Shown here piece by piece: positions 1-12,700 of a DNA stretch of 64,000 nt. A model generated the notes under the pieces. It was not told the DNA's origin and searched no databases. It was given only the letters and a program-made list of their open reading frames with translations. Every line of letters starts with the position of its first letter. Positions within the stretch are counted from its first letter, which is position 1. This stretch comes from Azolla caroliniana (lineage: Eukaryota; Plantae; Polypodiophyta), in contig JBHGNT010000013.1 in the NCBI GenBank assembly GCA_043228905.1, positions 10,044,001-10,108,000 on the forward strand, in the 5' to 3' direction. The position numbers and the translations under genes are program-made.

Positions 1-219
1 CCCATGAAAACTATCTACAAGGAATAAAAGAAATCAATAAGAAAATATAACTTTTCTATTGAATTGCTATAAACATGTGGCATTTTGCCATAATTTCCTA
101 TAATTTTTGATGCATGAAAATGTAGCTGGGCCAATTAGCAAAGACATTTCCAAAGTAAATTATTTCTGGTTAGTAATGAAAAATTCCTAAACACTTGAAT
201 GTTTTCTTTAATAACTTAC

Positions 220-1911
220 TTCTGTGCAGTGTTCCTCCAGATCATGTCGCAATTTGATGATATATTCAGCACTAATGTCGACATCATTTAATGCCACTGC
301 AACCTCAGTTCCCAGCTTTAACTGCACTCCAGAACCTCCGGCATAAGGCTTTCCTGCTAAATTCGGTTCACGCAACTTTCTATGTAAAGCTTCTTTATAC
401 TCATTGTTCAACAGATTGACAGAATTATTAACCGTTGCAAGAACTGATTGTAAATTCAATGTTGATATTGCTCTTCTTGTGCACTGCTGTAGAACATAAA
501 ATACATCATCTACCATGGACGTGGTCAGAGCATCTACTATGTACTCATCTATTTTGATTGCTTTCTTTACATTTTCTGCCATGAAGTACTCCTCGAGGAT
601 GATGTAATGCATTGACAACTCTTGAACTGCTCTACTGAAGCCCCCTGTTCGGAGGAGATTTGTTGCTCGGGGGCTTATCTGGCCTCCTGCAGACTCTGCA
701 TCTCTCATCTTTGTTATCATAAAGAGCGCATAGTCTTCACTTATCTGGCTAAGAGAAACCATTTCTTCAAGGTAAATTCCAACCTCCCGAGGATCTGGAT
801 TATCGGCATTTCCAACCGTGATGATATTTTTGTTTGTATGTGTACTACATTCTTTAGCCAACCGACCCAACTTACGGAAATCCATATATCTCTTTAAGAT
901 TAGAGTACCTCTTGAATCGCATTCTTGTTGAAGCTCCCTGACTGCGTGTAGAATGCCATCCTCACCACAAAGCAATCTCAAAATCTCTTCATTTTCTTGC
1001 ACGGCAAGAGCAATATCCTTAAATAAAGTACCAAGAACCCCAACAAAATCAGGAGTTATCCCTCCAGATGTGAAGTGTTCAATTGCATCAACAAGGCCAT
1101 CAAATTCTTCTTTAGCTCGGGAAACTATCACTTTTCTCAAATAATTCACAAAGGTTTGCAATCCTTCTTCCTCAATGGTGAGGGGTGAGAAAAGCTTCAC
1201 AAATCTAACCACAGTTTGATGATCTCTTTCTTCAATGGCAGAAGTGAGATTCTTCCGGATCAGATTCTCAAGCTTTTCTTTATATTCAAAAAGCTGAGCT
1301 CTTTGTTCACTATTAGTCTGTTCTTTACCTTCTCCGACAACAGCGGGATTGCTGTACTGAGCATCAAGATGCAAGAAAGTCTGTATAAACCTAGCAGCAG
1401 ATTCATAATCAAGGGAATCTAATGCTTGTTTAGCGCCATCGATACAATTAGATCTCTCGACAATAGCATCGATATGAGCCAATGTCATCTGCACACGCGA
1501 CTGTGCGCTATCAAGTTCTCTTACCTTCCCGCTCACATGTTCTGCCAATTGACATGTGGAAGCCACACTGGCTAGCATCTGGTCTGAATCATCCTTAACT
1601 ATCTCTATAACTTCACCCGACGTGAGCAAAAGGGAAGAGATTTTTCTGTCTAGATCGGGGCGTTGTGAGAAGAGAGCTTCCATGTCTGCTTCTATGTCTC
1701 TCTGGTAAGCGATCGTTTCGTGCAAGAGACGAGTCATTGCGCTCAGATCTGTGAGACCACGGATGTGATCGAGCATACCAGGAGCAAAATGAAGAGTGGA
1801 AGAAGATGGATCACTCGCCTCTTGATTCTGAGCCTGGAGCGATCGTGGGGATTGCTGTGGGGAGGAGCTCGGCATGGCTGCTGCTGCTCTCATGACAGCC
1901 AGGGTTGCCAT
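220..1911 (-). CDS. COG4: Conserved oligomeric Golgi complex subunit 4, first coding exon (gene continues left of the window)
   Basis: ORF 208-1956; probable ATG at 1911 (MATLAVM..). COG4-like motifs LAEHVSGKVRELDSAQSRV, ELQQECDSRG, TSMVDDVFYVLQQC. The exon ends at CTE|gtaagt (donor GT at 219-218). Confidence 0.88.
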
Positions 1912-2260
1912 TGATCGAATCGAGACGCAGACGCAGTGGAGGGGGAAATCACTCACTCAGTTTCTCTCTTTCTCCTGCATAAGCATTTTATTTACCAACA
2001 CGAAGGCAGGCTTCTGTTTGTTCCTCCATACCATTTTATTTTATTAGAAGACACCTACGTGAAATGTAATATTTTTGGTCTCGTGGGTCATATTTTTTAC
2101 ATCCCACGACGATGATATAATCTATCCATAGAATGAACCATATGTAACATACATGCAATTCGCATTTGTGAATGATTCAATTAAACGTGTATGGTAAATC
2201 ATCTCAAAGTTGGATTGGATTTACACGTTGGAAAAAAAAATTAAGATTGAATATATATAT

Positions 2261-2337
2261 AGAGAGAGAGAGAGAGAAAGAAAGAAAGAAAGAAAGATAT
2301 ATTAACGTCTTCTAAGGCCAAATTTGGCCCATGAGAC
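2261..2337 (-). mobile_element. 3' end of the intronic LINE family ((GAAA)n tail plus stem-loop) next to a (GA)n tract
   Basis: aagaaagaaagatatattaacgtcttctaaggccaaatttggccc is the reverse complement of the family terminus seen at 27695-27800. Confidence 0.7.
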
Positions 2338-2704
2338 AATTGGTTTACAACAAAAGAGTATTTATCCAGTCATCATAACTAATTTGGCCCATGAGAGAGA
2401 GAGAAGGGGAAGAAGAGAGTGGTCTTTTGTACTATGAATCAATTGTCTGCACCTTTAAGGCTTGAGGAGGAGGTTAGCACACTCCCTATCCTTTCTGTTT
2501 TTTCTCGTGCTGCCACACAACTATGGAGTGATGAATTGAGGAGAAGAAGAAGTACAAAGAACAAAGGAAGGAAGAGCAGTTAGGTCTTCTCTAGCTGAGA
2601 GCAAGTGGATGGCTTCCTTATTGCAAGATAACTTTTTGAATGACGACAATCCTTCTCAGAGCTTCTTGTGTGGCCTTAACCAAGAAGCAGAACCGAGTCT
2701 TAAC

Positions 2705-3760
2705 CAAGAATGTCTTGTACGTGCCCACAATAACAAAGAATTTGGTCTCGGTCAACTAAATCGTGGAGCAAGGCATGCATGTTCGGTTCAACAACGAAGG
2801 ATGTTTCATTGAGAAAGATGGCCGACTCATAGCTAAGGGACGGAGAGATGGTTCAATGTTCATTCTTGATTCGAACAAGGTGAAATTGGCCATGTATGCC
2901 AAAGGTCTCAAAACCAAGACGAACATGGAGTTGTGGCACAAGAGAATTGACCACATCAACCTCCACCAGCTCCAAGCTATGCAATCAAAGGGAGTCGTCA
3001 TCGAACTTCCGGCCTTCGAATCGAAATGAGTTGACCGAGTGTGCGAAGCGTGTCAACTCGGCAAACAACATCGACTCCCATTCCCAAAGGAGAGTTATGC
3101 ACGCAAAGACCTTCTCGACGTAATACACACGGATGTATGGGGACTGGTTCAAATGCCAACCATCGGAGGATGCCGATACTACGTCACCTTCATCAACGAC
3201 TACTCCTGCTACACGTGGATCTTTCCGATAAAGAAGAAGAGCGAAGTGCTCTCCCACTTCCAAAAGCTCAAGAGCCAAGTCAAAAAAGAAATTGGTCGGC
3301 ACATTCGATGCCCACGATCGGATGGAGGCAAGGAGTACTTCTTCAACGAATTCATCTCCTACCTCCAAGGTGAAGGTATTCGGAGAGAATTCTCATGCCA
3401 ACATACACCCCCAACAAAATAGAGTAGCTGAAAGGAAGAATCCGCACATACTTGAGGTAGCACACGCCATGATGCATGAGAAGCACATGTCGAACTTCTA
3501 TTGGGTCGAAGCACCATCCACGACCATTTATCTCATGAATTGATGCACCACTAATGGAGTGCATGAGCTAAATCCATACGAGCTCCTTGTTGGAAGGAAG
3601 TCGGTCGATCATGTCGCTCCTCAAAGTGTTCGAAAGCATTGCGAATATACGCATCCCGAACGAAAACTAATAGAAACCCGACACGAAGTCAGAGAAATGT
3701 ATCCTCGTAGGATACTGGTCCGAGAAGAAGGCATACAAGTGCTTCAACCCTTCGATCCGA
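2705..3760 (+). mobile_element. Degenerate Ty1/copia pol fragment (GAG-pre-integrase and integrase)
   Basis: KNVLYVP..NLVSV, LWHKRIDHIN, CEACQLGKQHRLPF, IHTDVWG, RSDGGKEY, PQQNRVAERKN; interrupted by stops and frameshifts. Confidence 0.92.
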
Positions 3761-3798
3761 GCGGTTATTCTTCTCCCCATTTCATTTTAGGGTTTCGG

Positions 3799-3829
3799 TT
3801 CTTCTTCTTCTTCTTCTTCTTCTTCTTCC
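3799..3829 (+). repeat. (TTC)n microsatellite
   Basis: About 10 TTC units. Confidence 0.9.
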
Positions 3830-5188
3830 TATCCGGTTAGGGTTTCTTTTAGTTGTGCTTGAGTCCGGCCTATATGGTTGCGGTTGTAAATCATATCGTG
3901 GCTTTATAATGTAATCTGTTCGATGAACCTTGTCTTGGTCTAGTTCTTGTCATGTTAATCCTTCACACATCGTTGTTGCCCTTTCGTGATTGAAAGCCCA
4001 TGAGAGATAAACTCCCATTCCCCCTTTTACTCCATGGTCTGAGACCCCCTATGGTTTCGCCCATTCTGACACTCACGCACAGATTTCCGCGACAACGTGT
4101 CGGATCAAGACGAGACCACTGGGGTCTCGAACCAAAGAGCCGACGGGAGAGAGATTATCCGAACATACCCTAAACCCTAAACCCGAAGGGAAGGGGGCAA
4201 TCAAGCGCGCGATCAACACCCACCAATCAATCAGAGGTGCATGTGGTGCAATGGCATCGACCACATTCGAAGAGACTACGTCGACTTGGCCGACCACTAA
4301 AGAGCAACATGGTGTACCTTTGGAACAATCGGGTACACACGAGCGACACGCGAAGGACCCTAGAGATGAACATCAGACGAGTCGGGATGAAAAGACTAAT
4401 GGAGGAGGCTACAACACGACATGCAAAGACCATCCACTGCTCAACATTGGCTGGCATTCGGGTTGAGGACGAGAAGAGCACCAGCTTTTGGTTGGTGATG
4501 CTTGAAGGCTTCTTGGGGAAGAAGTTGGTGAAAGATGAGGCAGACCGCGGGAGAGGTGGATGCATGATGTTACCAAATGGAGCGATGTAGTCGAGGAGAA
4601 AATCGGCTTCGTAGAAGCCGCGTGCCAGAACTACGAGGCTCTAGTAGAAGGCAAACGAGTCGGGAAGGCCAGAGGGTGTTACGGGCATGACCATATAATA
4701 TCCCGTGGTGAGAATTTACCATAGTATTCTATACACATGGATAAGTGTGAGGGTTAAACGAGAGTGTAAAGAAGGGGAGGATTACTTTTAAATCCTCGGG
4801 ATTGAGACAACCCATTAGGCCAAGTGTGAACTTGCTTGGGGGCCTTGGGTATCGCTATAAATAAGAGGCCTAGCTACCCTCATTTGACTATCTCTTTGAC
4901 TACATCGAGACTCTGCTCTTGTGGTGGGTCAACTCTTGTAGGGAGCGTGCCAGCACCAGGTACGACTCGACGCCACGACGGTGGTATGGGACGCCGATCG
5001 AGGCTCGAGTCCATCTCGATCCCTTCGCTCGGGGGTGGTCGGGTGGATCGGCACCCTTCTTTCTCTTTCTCCTTTCTATCTATCATTAATTTATCCTTAG
5101 CTTAAGCTTACTTTAGTACCTAGATCTCTAATAGAGGGGGCAGACCTTCGAACCGGTATGAGACCCAGAACAGACTGAGGAAGGAGAA

Positions 5189-5411
5189 TGTCAATTCAGC
5201 TACAATTAGATAGCAAGTCAAATGTGAAGACAATAAAACAAGATGTTAACATGTAAAACCCTGAAAGGGAAAAACCACAGGAGCCTACAGACTTTGAACT
5301 ATTCCAATATATATGAGAGGATACAAGGAGACTCGCAGACAACAACCTCGAGCTCGTCTTTGTCTAATAGACGATTACAATAGAATTGTGGAACCTCGAG
5401 CTCGTCTTTGT
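5189..5411 (-). mobile_element. Copia-type LTR fragment related to the LTR at 63391-63830
   Basis: gatgttaacatgtaaaaccctgaaagggaaaaaccacaggagcctacagact resembles 63501-63555. Internal 20-nt direct repeat aacctcgagctcgtctttgt at 5344 and 5392. Confidence 0.6.
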
Positions 5412-5760
5412 GAGGTTCCTGGGACATGGCATAGAACTGGCTCATTAGCTCCCTCTTTGGAATCGTCCTATGGAAGAGCCGACTAATCTATCCCGAAGCC
5501 CTTGAAATGACCGAAACTTTCCCAAGTCGTGTTGGGGGTACTAGTTCGTTGCTTGTCCTTCAAGGGACAAGCCGAACTCCAAGATTTTCAATGCCTCCGC
5601 ATCGGTCGCACCCAAGCGTTGTGACATGTGGTTAGCTTGCCACGTTGTGATGAAAGTGTGGACATGCGTCTCCGTGTCAGCTTTGTCGTTGTATCTCGGA
5701 TATGGGTAAGGCATCGTGTCTATGTATGAATCCTCCAATACCCCTTGAGGTGGGTTGTTG
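5412..5760 (-). mobile_element. Degenerate Ty3/gypsy-type retrotransposon gag
   Basis: PYPRYNDKADTETHVHTF..EFGLSLEGQATN*YP..FRSFQGLRDRL..ELMSQFYAMSQEP resembles Retrotrans_gag, with an internal stop. Confidence 0.7.
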
Positions 5761-6329
5761 GCGTCAGGGTGTTCGACCTCAGAGCTATTGTCGTTGGTCG
5801 ATATTGGATCGGTAAGCGTTGTTAACTGGGCTTCTGATTCCGGAAGAGGCTACTTAGTGAGGGCGGATTCAGTCACACTTTTTTCTTGTTCTGCATGTCG
5901 AGACGCAGTCCGAGGGTGTATTCCCCTGGAGCGCATCGTAATGGTGATTGGGTCTTTCTCCTACACGTGTACTCACAACTCCTACCGGGTGTGCCAATTT
6001 GTGTTACCCCTTTCTGGAGGAACACTCTCTCTCGGTTACTACTTTCGAGTAACTGGACCAAGGTGATTGTAGCGGGAAGGAGGAAGGGGTTTCAGGTCGT
6101 ACTGTTGACTATGTATGTAGCTGAACGAGAGTTGGGGGGGGGGGGGTAACTCAACCCTAAGGGTTCTAGATAACTCTTGTCGGGATACCCAGTTCGTCTG
6201 TCCCGTACCACACTCGAGAATACGAATGGCTCTTAACTTTGTAAGGAGCACAATAGAGGTTAACCGGTCAAATCAGCTACAACTCATTACAAACTTACGA
6301 TTGTTATTCGTGGGATTGAAAGTGTATGA

Positions 6330-6900
6330 CAGTAACGTGTTGGTACGTGGATATATAAGTGTGAAGTCTTTGTATTAAAAGTCATGCGTAAGTGTATGTG
6401 CAAATGTGCACATAAGTAAGTGTGAGTATATTAATAGGGTAAAGTGGGTCTAGGTTGTTACAAGGTTATGTAACTAACCTACAAACCCCATTCTATGTTC
6501 TTGATTTGTAACCCTCATGTAATCCTATATAACCCCACCTAAGGGGACATGAATGATACTAGTAGAAGTTTTTGCCTCTCAATATTGTGTCTTTCTCTCT
6601 CTCTCTCTCTCCCCCCCCCCCCCCCCCCCCCTCATGCTTAGCTGCTTAGGAGGGGGATGGAGCTCTTTATGGTTCCACCCCCAACCCATCAACACTTGGC
6701 ACACCATATGACCGACCTCCTTTGAGAAGAAGTCGAGGAATTACACGCGGCGGAAGTTTGTGAGAGATCGATGGCTATGGTGATAGAGTGAGAAGAAGAC
6801 GAGATGCATAACAACCCCTTGGGAGGGGGGTGGAGCCACCCATCAACAACTATTACACAAACAATACATTTGGAACACAAGTTCAACACACTAGATTACC
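6330..6900. mobile_element. Probable LTR-like remnant with (CT)n/poly-C
   Basis: TATA-like tatataa, a CT tract and poly-C; ends ..atcaaca followed by tggcacacc (PBS-like); partial internal repeat 6646-6693 vs 6818-6850. Confidence 0.3.
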
Positions 6901-8799
6901 CACACAAGAACGAATGATATATTAAGAAAACTCACAATTACAAGTACTGATCGACTGTGGTATCATGCTCACACTTACCTCTCAATATCATTTTGGCTTC
7001 GAAAAAATAGTATATCTATTATCCTCCCTCTTTTACTCTAAAAAACCACTCGATATTTGTAGGCTTCCCTGCTTCTTATTTCTCGGAAGCATGACGCGTT
7101 TACAATTGTTTTCTTTGTTAGGTAGTTTGGCGCCTTCTTTGTTTGTTGGCTAGTTCAACTTTTCCTACGCTCGGTGTCTTGTTTCTTTTCACACTTCTAC
7201 TTGTCCCACTGGCCAACATGAAGTCAGTCAGGCTACTGAAATAAGTTGGGCTACCAAAGGTTTATTTTATAATGAGGCGTTTTTTTTCGATAAATATGTG
7301 ATGATGCAAATCACACATGCCTTGCATCGTCCATGGTTGTGATTCCCTTGTCAAGCCTTATTATGATTTGGTAGCAAATAGACACAAGCAAGAAGCAAAC
7401 ATAAGATAGAACATGACACAAATAAACACATTGTTGATAGTCCTCTCTCCATGGTATGGATAGAGTGGACTACATACTTGTTAAACATGGTGGTGGGGGT
7501 GGTCACATGCGCAACTACATGGCCATAAGAACTATTCACAGACAACTTGCATGAGTATATGTTGTTGATGTGGTTGGGTCCCACAAGCAAAGTGGGGTAA
7601 AGAACTTCTTGTTGAGTTTGACGGGAAACCATGCTTATGCCACAGGGTTGTCATAGATGTGGTCAACTCTTATTTGGCACAAGGAGAATGAGAGGTGGAA
7701 AAAAATGGGACAATTAGTCCATGTTGATTCAGTTGGTTCTCATTGGCCACCAGAGATTAAGCAAGGGAGATTAATGAATTACAATCCAATTAAAACATAA
7801 ATATATGTTGATATATCTCACCCAATATGAAAATATATATTCATGTCTAGAGCATTTTCACTAGGCATGATAAATGATAAAGGCGAGGTGAATAAGTTCT
7901 TGTCCAAAATTGGATTATCTATGTTACATGTGTCATGGGTTTCTCATTAAACATAAGAACAATGTGGTGTATAACCAATTGATTGCTTGTAACTATAAAT
8001 GGGTTGAGTATCAAATTACAATACCATTATGAATGTATATTGTGATTGGTTATTAAAAGAGATGTAAACACGTACCTGATGCAACTAATGAGTAGGATTG
8101 AATCCACGCATGCAATCCAACTTGGAGCTCAATGAAACAAGCATTGCCCAATTAGAGGGAATTATATCCACAAGATTTGGGGGTGTGCGTTTGAATCCTG
8201 TCGCTCAACAATGTTTCCAAAGTAGAATCTTGATTTTTTGTTTCAATTGAAATTGACATTCATCGTAAATCTACAAGATGTAGTCCCGTTGGTTTTGAGG
8301 ATTAATACAAGGTTGAAAGGACATTTGCGGGATGGAGTTGAAAAGGGCTCACAGGGTACTCATGAAACAGAATAGTATTATAAAGCCGAGTGATGATGAC
8401 ACATGAAGTGTACAAAGTCCAAACCGAATTCATGCTTATATAACATATATTTCCCTCGAAGTGTCATCGAGTCGACATAATCACGTGGAGTGGAGCCATA
8501 AATTATGTAAATTATGTGATAACTAGATTATTTGTTGAAGATGGGGGGTCACTTCACGAAACTCAGACCGCCCAGCTAAGCCAAGATGGCCACCATTATT
8601 ATATTTATCCACAATCGCCTCATCGGACATGTGTTAGTTCTATCATATGCCCCCTCCCGCCGGCCGGATCCATGGGGAAGGTAGATGTATCATGAGGCAA
8701 CATAAGTGTACGTATATTATTTTTTTCAGTAGGTACATCATTGAGTTGACACGTATGTACTTATGTACGTATGCAATGTAATGAATTAAATTTAACGTA

Positions 8800-9165
8800 A
8801 GAGTGAGCGAGTGAGAGAGAGAGAGAGAGAGTGTGTGTGTATTAAAATCACATTACGAATACGAATTCTACGAATATAAATGATTTGATTGATTAATTGA
8901 TGGTTTCCTATATATGCATGTAATGTATGTATGTATATTGTGTTGTATTCACGTAGAAGAAGAAGAAGAAGGAAGGAAGGAAGGAAGGAAGAAAGAAGAA
9001 AAAAAGAGAGAGAGAGAGGAAGGAAAGGCTGGCTGCCTAACCGTCTGTCTCAGTCTCTCTGTCTCTGTCTGCTCCGATCCATCTCTCTGTTTGTTCGTTC
9101 ATCTCATCTCATCTCATCTCATCTCATCCATCCATCCATCCATCCATCTCTGCCTCCTCTGCAGG
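8800..9165 (+). promoter_or_regulatory. Microsatellite-rich promoter/5' UTR region of the dynein gene ((GA)n, (GAA)n, (GGAA)n, (CATCT)n, (CATC)n)
   Basis: Simple repeats directly upstream of ATG 9227; GA tracts are typical near plant transcription starts. Function is inferred. Confidence 0.45.
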
Positions 9166-9226
9166 TACCTTTCTTTCATTGTTGCCTTTCGCTGCCACAA
9201 AATCCCGTTCCGTTGATTTCTTCTGC

Positions 9227-9793
9227 ATGGACATGGCGGAGGAGCCTCCTTCTCCTTCTCCTTCCTCCCAGAACCATCCAGTGGAAGCAGGCAAGGAACA
9301 GGAAGAGTTTGAGGCTGAGACACAAGAGAAAGCGCGGGCAGAAGGGATGGAGGAGTTGCAGGGCCGGCCTCAGGAAGAGAAGAAGGATTCATGGTCGGCA
9401 CAGCTGCACGAATTAGAGAACGAATTAGACGAGAGAGTGAACTGGTTGAAGAGGAAGGTCTGCACGGGGCTGGACGTCCCCCACACTCTCTTCATCTCCT
9501 TCTTCGTCAATGAACCTGCCCTCATCTCTGATTTCTTGGATGGCATCATCAGTACCGTCTCTGCCTCCTCCTCCTCCTCCTCGTGTCTGCTCCTCTACAC
9601 TACCACACATCGTGGCTCTCTGCGTTTAAACGCATGCAATGGTTTGAATTTCCGTGGAAACCCGCTGCGGCCTGTTCGCATGATGTACTTCATGAAGCTC
9701 AGAACTGCTCGTCTCACATCTCTTCAGGATATGGAGACCCTCTTGGAGTTTGGTATTCTTCCAATCGGCCCTTCCTTTGAATCACTGGAACAG
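9227..9793 (+). CDS. DNAH10: Dynein exon 1
   Basis: [15 protein letters not shown]|gt; the start codon is not certain. Confidence 0.7.
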
Positions 9794-12700
9794 GTTCCTT
9801 TCTTCTTCTTCTTCTTCATCATCTTCTGTTTTGCTCTTTCAAAAATCGCTGCAACATTTTCCTTTCTTCTTCCTTCCTCTTTTAGATTCTCTAGAACATG
9901 CTCCTTTCGTTCTAGCTCCTTTCGTTCTAGCTCCTTTCTCCATCTTTCTTTCTGCTTTTCTCTGCATAAGCTTACGTCTTTCTTTTGCTGTCTCGCCGTA
10001 AAAGTCTGATTTTCTCTGCCGATCTTGCTGTAAAATTCCACCGTTTCTCTTGTTTTTTGATGTGAATTCTTGCTTCTCCCTTGTTTTCTACATGCAAAAC
10101 TCTTTATCTGGAATAATCCCTTTCTCTTGTTCTCTGTGTAAAATTATTGCCTGCCTTCTTTTCTTTCCTATATCACGGGAGGATTACATGGTGCATTTTA
10201 TCCTGTCATTGCCGCATTTTCTTTGTTGCATTTATGTACGTAGCTAAACCACTGCTTCAAGTTTTCTACTGCTCTGTATGATTCTCCTGTAAAATTCTTG
10301 CCTTCCCTCCTCTCTTTTCCATACATTCTGCTACTTTCCTTTCAATTGCTGCTATACTTTCTTAATGATTTTGTCAATGTATTTCAGCTCTTGCTTCAAC
10401 TCTTTCTTCCTATTCTCACACAAGAAGACCTTAGCGAGAGCAAATTTTGGGCCTTAAGGAACACATGTGCTGTAGATAGGATAGGCAACGAGCTTCAAAG
10501 TAACATGCAAAGATTTCTTTTCCAGGTTTGATGTCGTCATAAACTTCGAACATTGTCTCTATGTACACTATAATCAGGAACTCACTCTGAGTTTCGTTTG
10601 AAAACAAGTCAGGTATCGAGTGCAAAACAACTTCTCTGTCAGGGTACACAAATTTCAGTCCCTTCACTTCCAGCCAATTGTGTTGGCAAGCGTGAAGTAG
10701 ACTATGATCTCCTTCTCGAGGTGACATTATGAAGTATATACACTTTTGAGTACAGGAAAAATAGAAGGCTTACAATGACTCTTTTTCTCAACTCTTGGTT
10801 TACAGCTTTTCTTTGTTATATTCTGATATTGCAGTTAGAGACAGCTGCCAATGACTGGCTACCAGTGATAGAAGCTGCAATACAGCATGAGCTTCTCAAG
10901 GTAACATTCCAAAGTTTCACGTTCATTTCTGATACACTTTGCTGGATTTACCTCCCGCGATTTCTTTTTCTTGTCACTCCCATCTCCACACATAGGTGAT
11001 TTAAAGTGGCAAAAATAGCTCAATCTAGGGACATATTTTGAGCATATAAAACCAGTACAGTTGTACCTGGCAGGTCTTCAATATGTCATTTCCTCTGGCC
11101 CAACATATTACTTTCTATGAAAATAAGGCGAGTTTCTAACATGTTATCCAGTACTTTGCAACTATGAGATGCTCGATCAGATCCAGAGTAAGAGTTGATT
11201 GATACCATCTGAAGTTTATGGTAGGTATCTACTGATCTAGGTAGGCTGGTGAAGAGCAGTGTCAACATCTCCTTTGATTTTGCGGGCAATCTCCCTGGTT
11301 CTTTTGCCTGCAAGTTGGTGTTATATTGTGGCACTATAGTCCACTTCATATCACCTAGGAGTTTTGATTTAGATAACAAAATCTCGAACTTCTTTGTAAC
11401 TTTCAAAATCTTTGGTCATTACTATTACGGAACTGCAGAATGTAGGCATTTGGTCACAGCCGATCCAAGTTGTCAATTTATTGGCTTTAGACATGAATAA
11501 TGCTTTCACTCTTCAAAGTAAAGTGCATTAAGCAAGTGTTAGCAACTTTACATAATGTGGAATTCACATTTTTTGTAGAAATGAATCGCCTCTCTTGTTC
11601 CTATATACCTTAGAGATAATGGCATCTGTATTGGAACACTTGTAATCTACCCTTTATAAGGTTGGAAATTGTGACTAACCAAGTTTTATTGGCAAGGTTG
11701 CTTCGCCTTGATGTTTTTCAGTGAATATGCAATCAGTTATGTTTTCCTTATACAGATGAACCACTTGTGTATTCAATGAATAAGCAATCAAAATTTATTT
11801 TCTGATATAGAACTGGTCATACAAATTTGTTAGCAGAGTATACTCTTATAACTGATGTTTATGGTAGGTACCAACTGGGACGAGTCCTTTAGCAGAGTTG
11901 AATTTTTGGCGAGAGAGAGTTAACACGCTCAGTAGTTTGTATGAACAACTCAGTTCCCAAAGAGTGAGGAACATAATATCTCTATTGGAGGTTGGCAGCA
12001 GCAACACTGAGCTTCTTCAAACCTTCAAATCCCAGGTAAGCTATTTACAGTCTCTCAAGTTTCGGTCCACATAAGCATATAAATGGGAGTGGTTCTCCAA
12101 GATGGAAATCACTTCCCATTCTATATGATATGGCAGAAAGAAGTTTATTGTAAAATATTAAAATTTTGAAGAAGATCCAATCAATATATAGTACATTATA
12201 GGCCATTTTGGCCTCTTAAAAGACGTTAATATATCTTTCTTTCTTCTTTCTTAGCATTTTTGTTTTTAATTTTAAAGAGAACATAGTAATAAAGAACCCA
12301 GCATTGCTATCAATCTAATTTGATCATTTTTTTTTCAATCAAGTAGTATGGAGACATTTCAAAGATCTTCTTAGAAGCCAAAGACAATGTGAAATTTTTA
12401 ACAACATTGGAACGACATTTTAAGGTATCCTATGGCTATAAATGGATTTTTTTGCGAATACACCTTATAATTAAGGTTTTCAAGAATGAATATAATACTC
12501 TAAAGCTGGTTAAGCTTCTAGAAGATGACTTTCGAACTGAAATTTTGATACCAAACTCATGAAATAAGTGAAAGCTGAAAAGGTAGCTTTGCAATTCTTA
12601 GAAAGAAAAATGAATAAAGATGAGCGGTTATAGAAAATATTACATTATGTATGAGGCAAATCAAATATATTGAAATTTCTTTCGGCATGTCATAGTTATA

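Noticed and set aside
1912-1956. N-terminal extension of COG4 in the ORF track
   Set aside because: It starts at a non-ATG codon; the first ATG is at 1911.
7200-8500. Possible decayed DNA transposon or gene upstream of dynein
   Set aside because: No recognisable motif, terminal repeat or sustained frame; I cannot support a call.
9794-10009. Phe/Ser-rich C-terminal part of ORF 9179-10009
   Set aside because: It is read-through into the pyrimidine-rich first intron.
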